A stretch of DNA of 63,906 nt, filler included, from Sluysia triapertura (lineage: Eukaryota): the NCBI GenBank assembly GCA_046118255.1. It is 5 parts of 5 records of this genome, joined end to end, with 100 filler letters (N's around TTAATTAATTAA, not from the genome) between each part and the next. Parts side by side here need not be neighbours in the genome. Positions count along the whole stretch, not along the records: positions 11,112 to 22,333 come from JBJNIA010187202.1; positions 22,434 to 41,667 come from JBJNIA010086470.1; 3 more parts are not named here. One strand, written 5' to 3'. The notes beneath the pieces were generated by a model, which saw nothing but the letters and a program-made list of their open reading frames with translations, made no database searches and was not told the DNA's origin. The position numbers and the translations under genes were made by a program. Positions 12,477 to 25,756 of the stretch are shown here, one piece after another (within the stretch, counting starts at the first letter, position 1; each line of letters begins with the position of its first letter).

Positions 12477-14555
12477 ACGTTTTTAAATGTAAATAATATC
12501 TTTTATCAAATTGACTGAATTTATTTAATAAATAGTTATGAAATATTTTCTTATTTAATGGCAATATTTTGTTTAATAAGAGTTGTGATTTCAAAAATTA
12601 TCTTTACTTAAATGAAAATATCTCTATTATAAAATGATTTTTCAGTTGTATTTTTATAAATAAAATTTAAAAAAGTATGAAAATGAATTTTATACTAATA
12701 TTTATAATAAAGTATTTATCAAAACAAAAAAGATACAATAATTTTTGTAAAAAAATAGTGATAATTTGTATAATAGTATAATGATTTGTAAATTAGATGA
12801 TAATTTTAAATAATGCATAAGAACTCTAACAAATTTTGGGAAATAGAAAGAAATATACACTTAATAGGAGAAAATAAATAAAAACAGAATAGTAAGAATG
12901 AAGAATGGAACTTACTAAACTTAATCAGTCAGAAGGAAAAGTTACATATTTAATATACTTTCGTAAGACTTGAAAAATGTGTAATATTATAAATTGGATA
13001 AGTAGTAATAAGCATAAATTTTACAACTCATAAAATTCATATTTTCATTTAAGCTTTATTTTTAAAGACTCGATATTTTTCTGAAAATTATTTTTTTATT
13101 TTTTATATTTAATTTAGTATTTCCGAAATCTCTTCACATTAAAAAAAATGTACGTTTTAAAATAACGGACAGAACTTTCCTAATATAATAAAATAAAATA
13201 ATTACAATAATAACTTGACAAAAACTTCATAATAATGCGCACACTGTGCAAACATTAAATAATAACCATTAAATCCTAAATTCTGAATTAACTTCTTATT
13301 CCATTAGGCATTGAATCATATAAATCTCTAATATATTTCGTTTTTATTGCATTTAATTCATAAATTCATTTATATTTATTATTATTCCTATATATTTTAA
13401 ATCTGGAATATGGGAAGGTTACTTAAAGATATTACTTTTCGAATCAGATAAGACATATCAACATTAAAATTCTAATTTAATATTATCATCAAAATATTTT
13501 GCAAATTATTTTCAAAATATTTCTTATAATTCTACCTTCCATAAGGAAATAAAGAATTCCAAACTGTAATAGCTGACGATCTTTAAAAATGTATTTCCAA
13601 CATTAATAAATTATCTCCCTCAGCAATTATGAATAATTTTTTTCGTCTATATTTTTATACAATTGTTTATTTCTTATTATTTCTATATTAATAATTCTTT
13701 ATTTTACTTAATCCTTGATAAAAATTTTGATATTACGTTTTTTTATAATTCCGATTGTTTTTAATTTCACCTTTGCAATTTTTGTATTATCATCAGATCT
13801 TGGACATAAATTGAATTTTCATAATAATTTATAATTAATAATCAATTCAGCATTTTTAGTTAATGGTATCATTTTATTAATATAAATTGTAATCTTTAAT
13901 GTATTCATTTTAAGGGCTTTAATAGTAATTCTTAGGTTGGTTTTTGTTTAGAATGTTCACATTTATTGGATGGTAAATAAATTTAATATTAAAGAAATAG
14001 TAACAAGAATAAACAAAACATAAATTCATATATTCCTACAAATTTAGAACTACATACTTCTTAATATATAACATGATATTATCAAAAATTCTTATAATTA
14101 ATAAACAAGTATCTTAACAACATCCTTGCACTTTCAATAACAAACATACAAGCAAACTAAACGACCTCTAATGGTAGTAATTTTCAAACTGTGACCACAC
14201 AGTCTCAGTTCAAAATTACACTTATTAAAATAATAAGTTTAATACAGTATTGTTGTATTCTTTATTTAAATACATACCTATTACCAATCAGTATAAAGCA
14301 AATTTTATTTAGATAATGTAACTTGATCGATAAGTTATTTCTTTATGAACATTAGCAAAATTAATATCAATACAATATTAACAATACTGTAAAATCAAAA
14401 TATATATAATTATAATTAATTTGTTTTAAACAAATATTTAGTGGCATTTTCTAGTTTTAAATAAAGTTCTACTTATATAATTTTATTTATTTCTTTACTT
14501 ATATATATAATCCTCATTTTAAAGATAAATTATTAATATGCTTCAAAGTAATAAC

Positions 14556-14697
14556 CTTTAAATCAAGATGAAGTATATTTTTCGAGTGAATATATTGGAC
14601 CCCATCACAAATTGCTCTCATAAATTCTTCACATTTACTTTCTGTCAAATCGAATTTTTCATCTACAATTCGTTCGAATAATTCGCCACCTTTGATT
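14556..14697 (-). CDS. MLCK/titin-family Ser/Thr kinase, internal exon (subdomains V-VIb); not in the ORF track
   Basis: AG|A ATC AAA GGT... encodes IKGGELFERIVDEKFDLTESKCEEFMRAICDGVQYIHSKNILHLDLK, then |GT. Phase-compatible with exon 21340-21543 (TT+A = Leu) across a 6642-bp intron. Confidence 0.93.
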
Positions 14698-15379
14698 CTT
14701 GATTTGTAAATTAGTTATAAATAGAATAAATATTTGTAAAGTAAATATTAATAGAAATTATTATATGAAATGTAATGTTTTAATATTTTCATAATAAATT
14801 TAAATAAACTAAAAAAGTAAAATTATTAAGTTATAATTAATAAAAATATAATTTTAAATAAAACTAAAATATGTCAGTAATCTTAAAATAAAATTGTAAC
14901 TAAATGTGTACCTTTATAACTTTAAAATGAAACTAAAATGTCAATTTCCCATAATACAAACAAACACAATGGAAAGTAGTATAAAAAGCTAACTAAAATT
15001 GAAATAGGTCCAACAAAATTGCTAGCGGAGAAATTTCAATCTCTTTAATTTGGAGATTTAACTATTAAACTTATTATATGGACAATGTTAATTGTTAAAT
15101 TTATTAAAGCATTAAAGCATTATAATAATCAATTTTATCAGTTGGAAGGTTACAAGTAAATTTATTAGCAACATATTACAAAAACCCCGATATAATTTTG
15201 ACACTTCACTTGATTATTTAATATAAGTGAACTTCTAAAAATTATGTATAATGGAGAATGAAAATTATGGGAGATGCATGTATAATGACATGTGAAGTAA
15301 ACAAAGATATAATAATGGAACATAATATTTAATGATAGATATTTAGAACTTAAAGATAAAGATAGATCTAGTTTCAATC

Positions 15380-16010
15380 TTAGATGTCATATAGACATTC
15401 GATGAAGCAATAGTGTTCGAATAATATCAAGCAAGCTTCACATTTTCGACTGAGTATATTTCGACGTTTGAACGTTATAGAAAAGAAAAGAAAAGAAAAT
15501 TATAGATTTACGGATGTGTGATGGAAGATACAAATGATACTATGATTTTTTAAAGGGATTTTTTCTAGTGACGAAATATGGACACATATTGTTAGTTAAT
15601 GAAGAGATTGGTCAACCAGTCGATGAAAAAAGTGTAGATCAACAATAATAATTGGAATTTGGTGGAATTTTGAAGGTCAGTATATCAAAGCTTGCCCATA
15701 TTGTAATGAGACGAAAAGAGTTATGTTCTTTAACAAAGTTTTACCTCAAAGTCAATAAAAACCTTAGACATTATTCGTTGACCTTAATAGATGAATTAAT
15801 TTCGTTTTCAGCTTATAGTTTGGGTTTTTCTCCTTCCGACTATTATTTGGTACGATGAATGAATTATTTTTTAAAGAATACGATCTTCAAAAGAGACGAA
15901 AAGACAAAAACCGGATGTGAAGAATTTTCACTTCTAAAAGATATGATATTCTATAGTTACATCATCGTTGACAAGAGTGTTTAAAACACGATGAATTTTA
16001 ATTATTAAAA
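15380..16010 (+). mobile_element. Decayed mariner transposase
   Basis: FLKGIFSSDEIW resembles FLxRIVTGDEKW, and AYSLGFSPSDYYL resembles PYSPDLAPSDYHL. Boundaries are approximate. Confidence 0.7.
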
Positions 16011-18845
16011 GATATTTCATTCAGTAGGCGCTTAAGACACCTGATAAACTTCTGACATTTATCTTGTAACATGATTGTAAGGAGTAAATAACATTAACTA
16101 AAATTTCTTATACAAAACTGGAAAACACCTCTATCTAATAAAAATATAGTGCTGCAACAAAAGGAATGAGACCCTGAGCACACAACAAGTCCCGTAAACA
16201 TAGACACAATCAGATGGTAAAAAATAAAATAACACTACACTGATCATTATATACACGTTTTGGTGAAGCTGTTCTTTGTCTGCGTTTTTCTCATGCTTGA
16301 ATAGATGACTGCTTACTCCGTTACTATCTCTGGCATTGGAGTAAAATACGTAGTACACTGGTACCCTCTATATATAACTTTATCTTCTGAATTTCATCTG
16401 GTGCTCAAATGCTGAGACCAAAATCCTAATTTAAAATTTTAAATTCAACCCTTACACTTTCTTTGCTCCATCTTCTTACTCCAAGGCGCTCTATGTCCAG
16501 AATGTAACTTCTCGAAATATGATTTGGCATTACAAAGACCGCCTGATTCAACATGTGTGTTAGTTTCTTCGGAGGAAGCTCTTGCAGTTGTTAGATGGTA
16601 AAGTTCTATTTTTACGACCGGCTTCGGTATAACTTTTAATCGTATTTTTTCATGTTGCTAATTTGTAAGTAACAGTTACTTTTAAACTTTAAATCGTCTA
16701 GCATTCTTTGCATTGCAATAATTTTCGTATAAGAATTACTTTAAATGATAAGATCTATTCAACAAAATTTTTCAAAAAATTTTATATAAAAATGATATCA
16801 ACAGAAAATGTAGATAACAAATCAAAATATAAAATAACGTGATTAAAAAATTATTATAAAAGTGAGCTGAACTAAGAATATAATTTAGTCTAAAGTCATT
16901 GAATAAAAAGTTTTGAACTAAATTGTTAAAGGGTAACAGTTATTACTTCCTTTTAAATTGGCTATATTGATTTAATTTTGGAGAAAATACAGTTTGGTTG
17001 TGTCGTCCTCAGTGCATTTTTTGCACAAGTTTTGTTATCATTGCATTGTAAATTTTTAATTGTTAATTGACTATTATTTGATTATTTGATATGTGATAGT
17101 TAATATTTATTAGGATAATTAACTTTTATTTGTGATAATTGATATATTATATTAAATTGTAATTTAATATCAGTTAAATTTTCTGAGTTTTATGCGAACA
17201 ACTTCTAAAAAATGTTGAAACGATTGCTTTTGTTATGTCGATATTCAATCATAATACTAAATTATTGAAATATATTTTGTACAAAAAGTATCTTTCCATA
17301 TTCTTCACACCTTTAATACACTCAACATCGTATCATTCTTTGTGAATTCAGGTAATTTGGAATAATTGCATCACTTTTACACTCATCTTAATCAGAAATT
17401 TGATAAAATAAGTACATTTAACTTTAAGGACCAAAATCAACCTAAATTATGACCTTAATGAACAAACAATGTTACTTTTAACTTAAACATCAATAAAATG
17501 ACTATACATTTAGTTCCACTTCAATTTTGCCATATATAAGCTCGACAAACTATAATTATTTCAATTTCTTACTTTATACTTTTAAGAATTCTTGATACGT
17601 TTCAGGTCAGTCAATTCTAATGTTTGTAATAAGCCTTATTATACAAAAGATCACTTTCTCACTTCAATGCATAATGAAACTTATAAATTTTCACTTTACA
17701 CACTACACTTGCTTTTAAAACTAAAACTAAAATTAAAATTTTATTCATTTTAATTTCGTGCAGCAATAAAATGTTCATAAATATTCATAAAATAATTTTG
17801 CATGAATAATGTTAATCTTGCAATCAATTAAGTAATATAAATATTTGAAAAGTTTAAAAAATTTAAAAAATGAAAATCACAAAAATAGAAATTTAGTTTT
17901 TATTTTAGGATTACTTCTCGGTTTACAGCTTTATTTAAATACGAAAGCACTTTCCAATAAAAAGCATTACAATGTTCTGGAATTATTTCTCCAAATTAAT
18001 CAAATTAATCTTTTTAATTCTTTTTCATTTTTTTGCACCATTTCGGGTAAGTAAATTTTTCCAAATCTAAAAAACATTTTTATTGGATTTAAAAAAGGAA
18101 AATAAGGTGGCAAGTATTTCAAATTAAACCTCTAAATCTCATCATCATCTTTTAATCCTCGATACTCATGAATTCTGGCATTATAAAAATAAGATTTTGT
18201 ATACTTTTTAACGTTTTGCTGGTTTTATTTCTTTAGTAGTTGTTTTATAGTATTCTCCACTTGAACGTTTTTAGAACTATTATTATTTATTATCATTGTG
18301 TCATGTTTTGAAAAATCTATTAGTTTTACTTTCAAATCACTGCACTTCTTAACATCAGATGTAATATATTTTTCCATTTCTTTGGCCATTCTCTCAGCAT
18401 ATTTAATATGTTCTTAGAATTTCTATTTCTCTTGGTCTACTGATCCTTTTTTGGTGTCGAATACATAACTAATATACAATTAATTTAAGAACTAGAAATA
18501 CTAGCCCAATATAAATTTTATTTTTATTATAAATATTATAATAATTATTATGATTAATATATATAATAATGAAAAGTATTATGAACAATTTTAATTATGA
18601 TTAAATAATGTTATACATGAAAAAGCTACATTTCTGAAAATTAAATTTATCCCTCGTCTAAAACAATGTATAATGCAATTGTTTTTACAAATAAAATAGA
18701 ACCCAATTCAGTTGAAATTTTTTTACAATGGAATTCCAAATATGATTTAAATTGTTTTATAATATTATTCATTTAATGTTTTGATTTTTACAAATTTACA
18801 ATTGAAGTCATTTTAGAAAAATTATATATATATATATATTCATAC

Positions 18846-18943
18846 TGTTAGACTTCGTAAAATGGACTGATCGGGGATCAAACCCGGGTCATCTAGCTGT
18901 GCAGTTCGATGCTTTACCACTGAGCTATCAGCCCCGTCTAACA
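18846..18943 (-). mobile_element. 98-bp tRNA-containing mini-LTR, copy 2 (3'-LTR-like)
   Basis: Minus strand reads TGTTAGAC-GGGGCTGATAGCTCAGTGG...CAGTCCA-TTTT-ACGAA-GTCTAACA, with GCA at the anticodon position. It is preceded by a conserved pre-LTR motif (18944-18988) shared with 49147-49192 and 49511-49553. No PBS follows it. It lies in the kinase intron. Confidence 0.8.
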
Positions 18944-21339
18944 ATTTTTAGATATTATAGTCAATTTTACCAAATGGCACTTTAGGCCTTTTTTCCTCAA
19001 CAATACCCTTATATCAAATTGTTAGTAAATTAAATTTTTTTATTTCAATGTAACTTTGTTATTTTTAGTCAAATTCCTGGAAGCTTGGTTTACCTAAAGA
19101 CACAAAATTTCTTACGATAAAGATTAAATAATAAATTAATTTTATAAATAACTTACTCAACATAATTATAGATAGTAACACAAATCATAAAATGGTGACT
19201 TGTAATTATGATAACTCTGAAAGCAAAATGAAATTCGAGTATAATGAAAATGTCTATTTCATCAGACAATGAATGTTCTTTTCATTAAATTCTAATAGAA
19301 ATTATCCACAAAATGCACTAAAATATTATAACTAAACATTTTGTTATCATCTTTTTTATACAAAAAATAACAATTTTATCAATCTTTATATTTTAATTAT
19401 ATATTTTTGTATTTTAACTTTCTTTCAATTTAATGTCATTTTTAAAAAGTTTTTAAGTAAAATTCACATTTTAAATTTAATAAAATCTCATAATCAAACA
19501 AAATAAAAAGAAAAAGTTCATTAAACAAAATATTTTTTCTGATTAACTAAGCGTGTTTTATATTATAACAGAAAGTTTTCTATTATCAATTTTTACATAA
19601 AAAATTACAATATATTAATAATATTAGAATATATTATTATTAAACTATTTTTCTTAATTAATGCTTTATAATATTCATAAACCGAATACATTTTTTATTC
19701 TTTTATTTTCTGATGTGCTTTAGAGAACTTCCCATTTCTGTTCTAGTCGATGTTTAGATTTTTTACAACAATATAGATCCAGAGTGAGTTTTATTTAATC
19801 ACTGCAAATAATTAATAGTATTGTAAAGATATTAAACTCTTCTAATTAATATAGGAATTAAAATACTTATATTATATAGAAATACATGACAAAATCAGTC
19901 GATAAATACACTTTTTTGTAATTTCACTATGACTGTATCTATGTAACATTTATTGTAGCATTTAGGTAAACGTAATAAAATAAAATACGTTCTTAGATGT
20001 GTTACTAAACAATAAATAATGAAATTTTAAAATTATTTAAATTTCATTGGCAATTATGTTAAGTGATATTATTGTACTCCAGATCAACTCATGACAATAC
20101 AAACAAACACCAACACAAATCAACATTTCTTACATAAACAAATTGCCCAATACATACAAAACATAAATAGAGTCGTAATAATTTATAATTATTATAATTT
20201 CGTATATTATTAAAATTCTCTCTCACTTATTGTTTCCTTTACATATGTATGTATATATCTTTCTTATTATTGTTATCGTTAATGACGCATTTAAATTTTT
20301 CTCTAGGCAAATGGCTTTGTTGCCGTTCAAAACATTAGTGTATAATCTTACAATTTTCTTTCTTTATACTAAAATTGAAAGAAATAATTAAAATTTTGTT
20401 TTATGAAGCAGAAATTATTGTGAAATAGAACGGGATATTTATAAAATTACAATTATATGTTAAAGTTAATTAATTATAAATGACATTTTAAAAATTGATA
20501 AAAATTAATTGATTTTTTAAATGTAATGGAATGTTATGTCGAGTTAATAAAATTATGTATAATCATAATTTGGAATAGTCACTTGTTATCTGTACGTGGA
20601 AATGTAAATTATAAACATTGTTTAACAAATCAGAGTTGTAATGGTTATTCCTTTAATGTAGATTTTTCAAAAATTTATAAACAATATGTAATTTATATTT
20701 TCGTGATTATGAAACTAATCATATAAATCCTAAGTTATTATTATTAAATTATCATTCAGTTAAAATTAATATCACCAAATTATACACTATCATTGTTAAA
20801 CTATCTGTTAGTTAAAATTAATACCACTAAATAGTACAATATTTGTACAACACCATCAATACTATCAATGTTTTAAACAATATACTCTATATGATGTCAC
20901 TTCTGATCTTATCCGCATTTGGACATCAATATGTTATGAAGTGTTTTAGACTCAGTTTAGTACAATTTATCTTGCATGATTTTATTGTTTTGTTATTTAG
21001 TAAAATATTCGTATTGTTGAATTTTTTCATTTTGTTCATATTAAAATTTATTAGTTATTTTAATGGCCTTAAGCCGACATTTATTTTTACAAGTAAAATG
21101 TTAGAATTTTGTTTAAAGTTAAACAATTTTAATATCAAAAAATAGATAAAAATTTTTTGTTATATTTATATCCATGATTTAACTATTCATATACGAGGCC
21201 TTAGGCCTAAATTAAACTTTAATAATGCAAAGAGAATATTACAATCATGTTGTAGATTTAAAGCTGTAAATTATTAAACATTACTAAAACATCAACTTTA
21301 AAACAAAATATAATAATTATTATAAATAATAAAACTTAC

Positions 21340-21543
21340 AATTCCAAAATCATAAACATTTCATCTTTCCACTGATATGCATCGTGAATTTGCAGTAATC
21401 GTGGATAGCGTAATTGATTCATTATTCGAATTTCTCTTTCTGCATTTTGTTTATCTTCTGAAGTAGGAATTGCTACTACTTTTGCAGCATATTCATTTTT
21501 GGACTTTCTTTCAATACAATGTTTCACTTCACCGAATTTTCCA
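21340..21543 (-). CDS. MLCK/titin-family kinase, internal exon (subdomains I-V)
   Basis: AG|T GGA AAA TTC encodes GKFGEVKHC...YAAK...EREIRIMNQLRYPRLLQIHDAY...MILE, then TT|GTAAG donor. Confidence 0.93.
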
Positions 21544-21921
21544 CTTAAAATCACGATAAGTTAATTATCAATCAATTATTTTTGTTTATTGATTTCAAAA
21601 GAACGTACATTATGTATTTGATAAGATTATTATATAATTAATGTAAATTTATAAATTTTTTGTGATAAGTCAGCATCGTAAGCATTTTTAAGATCACTTT
21701 TTAGTGTAAAATTTCCAAAAAAATCTATTTTAAATTCATTAAATCTATGACACATTTTACAACCATTACTATTATTAATATCATTATTAATGTTTCTATT
21801 TTATTACATTATGGCTTTATTTTACGAAATGTACAAACTTAAAAGCCTTACGAACTTAATTTTGTAAATATATGAACTTAATACCATAGCAAAAGTTTTA
21901 TGGTATGTCATAGCAAAAGTT

Positions 21922-22020
21922 TATGTCTGTTTGTCTACACTCGATAGAATCAAAAACCATACATCCAATCACCGTGAAAATTTGAGAAATTATTAGGTAT
22001 ATCCCCGGGAAGGTTTTTGA
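21922..22020 (+). mobile_element. Possible non-autonomous Helitron-like fragment
   Basis: GTCTGTTTGTC...TCAAAAACCATACATCCAATCACCGTGAAAATTT resembles 5' regions of invertebrate non-autonomous Helitrons. Termini were not identified. Confidence 0.35.
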
Positions 22021-22039
22021 AAATTTTTTTAATGGTGTT

Positions 22040-22099
22040 AAATATACATCATTTAGTTTAGTTCAAAATACACATCATTTAGTTTAGTTCAAAATACAT
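22040..22099. repeat. 26-bp tandem duplication
   Basis: AAATAYACATCATTTAGTTTAGTTCA twice, plus a partial third unit. Confidence 0.85.
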
Positions 22100-22333
22100 T
22101 CATAAATTATATACATTGATAAATAATCAATGTTTATTTAATAATATATAAATAATCATCTAGACTTTTAATATTTCAAATTAAATTTTTAAATTAAATG
22201 TTTCAAATTAATGATTTTTTCAAATTAATGTTAATGAGATATTAATGATTTTTTCCAAATAAATGATCTTCCAAGTTAGTAATTTTATTATTTTAATGTA
22301 TTTTATTATTATTTTATTTAAATTATTTATTAT

Positions 22334-22433
22334 NNNNNNNNNNNNNNNNNNNNNNNNNNNNNNNNNNNNNNNNNNNNTTAATTAATTAANNNNNNNNNNN
22401 NNNNNNNNNNNNNNNNNNNNNNNNNNNNNNNNN
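22334..22433. other. Artificial contig linker
   Basis: N44-TTAATTAATTAA-N44. Confidence 0.97.
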
Positions 22434-24119
22434 TGAAACCAGAGTTATTTCTTTAGCAATTGATTAAAATAATCCATTTTCTTTTTAGGACAAGGGTTGG
22501 TGATATATTTCTTACTGTTTATATTTTTGCATTAATACGGGTGCTAAAGTTTGAATAAGTTGTGTCACCCCTGGTTATAGTTTGTTTTTAAAAGAATAAT
22601 TCATTTTTTATAAAGAATAGTTTGTATTGTCATTTTGATAAAGACAATTCGTATTGTTATAGTTTATAATTTATAATTATAATTGTTATAATTGTAGTTT
22701 TGATAATATAACAAATATATTGAGGTTTTGAGTTTATTAATTGTTGAGTTTTGATTTAATAATTTGGGAAAATAAAAATATTAAAAGACACAACACATCA
22801 ATAAATAATTATATTTCCGGATGAACTATGGATTTATCGTTCAACCGGATAATAGAACCAATTTCTGCATAAGTAACCAAGTAATCAAATAAAATTTTCC
22901 AAATCAATTGAATATCAAGTAGTGATCCGAAGATCCAAGTAGTAATCCAATTTTTTATCGAATGACCGATAAATTGAATCGTAACATAAAAATATCGCGG
23001 AAGACTAAAATTTATTTCTTGTTATTAATGCTCGAGTGATGATAAATTGTGAATATTTTTTTGCACTCTCCATACTTAAACTCCTCGAAAAATCCATTAA
23101 TGATCCATTAAACTTTTTTAAATGTTTTTTGCAATAAAAAGATTTGTTTACATTAAAAATTAATCTATGCATTAAAATCCATTATGTAAACAAATTAAAT
23201 AAATTAATTTGTAGAGAATTTTCTACATAAATTTTTATTAAAAGCTTTTTAATTAATACTTTTATTTCATTTATCTACAATTTTTTATACTGTAAAGCCA
23301 AATTTTGGTGAGATCAAATCAAACACACTAATCATAAACATAATCATAGACAAACGTGAACAAACACAATCCAACGCATTTCACATAAGTAAAAATTAAA
23401 TTAAAAACATTAAAATTCGCAGAGTAACCCTCAAACAAATAATAAACATTGATGTCATATATTTGGACTTAGAGCAATTTCCATGCTTGCTACAAGCGCT
23501 ACCTACCCGAAATCCGCTTGAACAGATGTTTAATTATACAGGAAAAATGTAACCAACAATGTTGCGCAATCAAATTAAAGAAAATCTTTTATTTTATTTT
23601 ATATTGTGAGGGTGGCGAGTGGCAAGGCTATAGTCGACAATGTGAAATTCTAACATAATTTAATATTTGACATTTATTTTATTTTATTATATTATTGTTT
23701 ATCAATATTTGACATTTATTTTATTACATTTATTTTATTAAACTATTTATAAATTGTAATTTATTAAAATATTTATTTTTCTTATATCAAAGAAATAATA
23801 TTAAAATAAATTTAATAATATAATTGAGATTGAATTGAAATTAAGCATTTAAAAAATTAAAAAATAATTGAGATTAAATCGAAATTAAACATTTAAAATT
23901 TTCAAATTGTTTAAATTGTTTAAATGAATTATTTTAATATTTGGTTGCTTAAACGAACTATTTTTGAAAATAAGCTATATGGCCACTATGAATTCTGTAT
24001 AAAATCTAATGAGTTTAACAGAATTCACACAAGTCATAAAGTTGAAAACTATCTAATCTTCTCTAACATTTGGTTTTTCAATCCATGTACAAAGTAAGAT
24101 TTTTACTGTTAAGTTTAAT

Positions 24120-24700
24120 CTCATCGTAACTGGGAGAAGTAAAATGTACTTAAAATAATAATTTGTTTTATACTTAGACGGTAACAGGCTAAGTTAGCAT
24201 TTATTTAAAATTTCGTACTAAATCATTAAGATTTAAGTACTAAATTGTGTATTATTATATTGTACTATATTATTTGAAATTTTCTGTGTATAGAGGTCTT
24301 TTCAATAATATACCTTATAGGAAGTTTTGAATTATTTATTAAAAGATTAAAATCAATTGTCATCGGTAGACCGTAATAAGGCTAGCTAAAAATCATAAAA
24401 TCATAAAGTTTTTTAAATTAGACCGTGAAAAGCTAATTTAAAATATTGTCTATTAAAGTTATACCGTAAAAAGGCTACCTCAAAATCTTCTAAAATATAT
24501 TTAATTTTTGATAATTATTAAACAGAGCCATTCACCTAACTAAACATTTTAAAGTATGTGACTCTATTAAGTCAGATTTTATTACTTCTTAAAGCCTGAT
24601 AGACCGCCCTCGACCAGATATAAGACGTTTCTGTTAGGTGAACTCGCCTCCGGAGTTATATTTTGCATTATAGGTCTAGAAATTCATTGCAATATAATAT
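24120..24700 (+). repeat. Dispersed family B, copy 1 (LTR-like: reiterated GACCGTAA.AGGCT motifs plus TATA block)
   Basis: Motifs at 24176, 24368, 24420 and 24461. The CAGATATAAGACG...CCTCC.GAGTT block is homologous to 51505-51570. Confidence 0.65.
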
Positions 24701-24827
24701 TTTCTGTTTAGTAAATGATAAATTTTATTCTTATCTGTATTCACAGAAATGTAAATGAATTAAATATTTAAATTTAAAATATTGTTTTTAGTTAAATTAT
24801 GAAATTTATTTATTATATAATTTTTAG

Positions 24828-25388
24828 AGATCCTCGTGACATTTATGAAATATTATCTCGCAGTATTGCTCCTAACATTTTTGGTTTTGATGATATTAAA
24901 AAGGCAGTGCTGTGTTTGCTAATGGGTGGTAGTCGAAAACGAATGCCTGATGGTGTATATAGGCGTGGCGATATCAATTTATTATTACTTGGTGATCCGG
25001 GAACTGCTAAATCACAATTGTTGAAATTTGTAGCTCAAACTGCTCCTATTGCTGTTTATACAAGTGGAAAAGGATCCTCTGCTGCCGGATTAACAGCTTC
25101 GGTAATTCGTGACTCTAAAACTCGAAAATTTATCATGGAAGGTGGCGCTATGGTTTTGGCTGATGGAGGAGTTGTATGCATAGATGAGTTTGATAAGATG
25201 AGAGAAGATGATAGAGTAGCTATACATGAAGCAATGGAACAACAAACAATTTCTGTCTCTAAAGCAGGAATTAGCACTATGTTGAATAGTCGTACATCTG
25301 TGTTAGCAGCGGCCAATAGTGTATATGGTCGTTGGGATGAAAATAAAGGAGCTGATAATATTGATTTAATGCCAACAATTCTTAGCAG
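24828..25388 (+). CDS. MCM5: DNA replication licensing factor MCM5, AAA+ exon
   Basis: Walker [12 protein letters not shown], Walker B CIDEFDKM, the MCM5-typical [12 protein letters not shown] and [15 protein letters not shown], and ILSR. AG acceptor at 24826-27, GT donor at 25389. Confidence 0.96.
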
Positions 25389-25585
25389 GTTTTGCATTTT
25401 TGATCTTATTTTCATGATTCCTTTATTGAATTTTTTTAAAAGCATTTAATTTAAAATAGTAATATTCAATTTAACATAAGTAATTTTATTTTGTTTATGA
25501 TATCATTTATTAAGAGCTCAAGAATATTACACATTATAAATATTTTTTAAAATTACGTATTTGGTGATATTATTTATCTTATTAA

Positions 25586-25756
25586 CACTAAATGTATCGG
25601 TCAAATAGCCGTTTTAGTTTTTTTACTTTAAAAAATACTATGAAATTGTATTTTTTTAAACCATTTTATAATGACTTTTAATTTTATATACAAGTACTGG
25701 TCAAATGACCGGCGATGATATGAATAAGTATACATCAAACCTTGGTACATTTAGTG
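25586..25756. mobile_element. 171-bp MITE with CACTAAATGTA.C TIRs and TTAA-type TSD (piggyBac-like)
   Basis: TTAA|CACTAAATGTATC ... GGTACATTTAGTG|TGAA. A second copy ends GGTACATTTAGTG|TTAA at 43952. Confidence 0.8.

Noticed and set aside
12316-12594. Poly-Asn protein
   Set aside because: Translation of a (TTA)n microsatellite.
17290-17450. GPY/F and chromodomain remnant of a Gypsy integrase (minus strand)
   Set aside because: Only a few residues match; too decayed to support.
19255-19275. Hammerhead ribozyme cores (CTGATGA here and at a few other sites)
   Set aside because: No properly spaced stem II plus GAAA was found by eye.
21340-25388. Overlapping or interleaved head-to-head kinase and MCM5 genes
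   Set aside because: An artificial linker at 22334-22433 separates them.
25056-25445. 129-aa minus-strand ORF
   Set aside because: Antisense shadow of the MCM5 exon.
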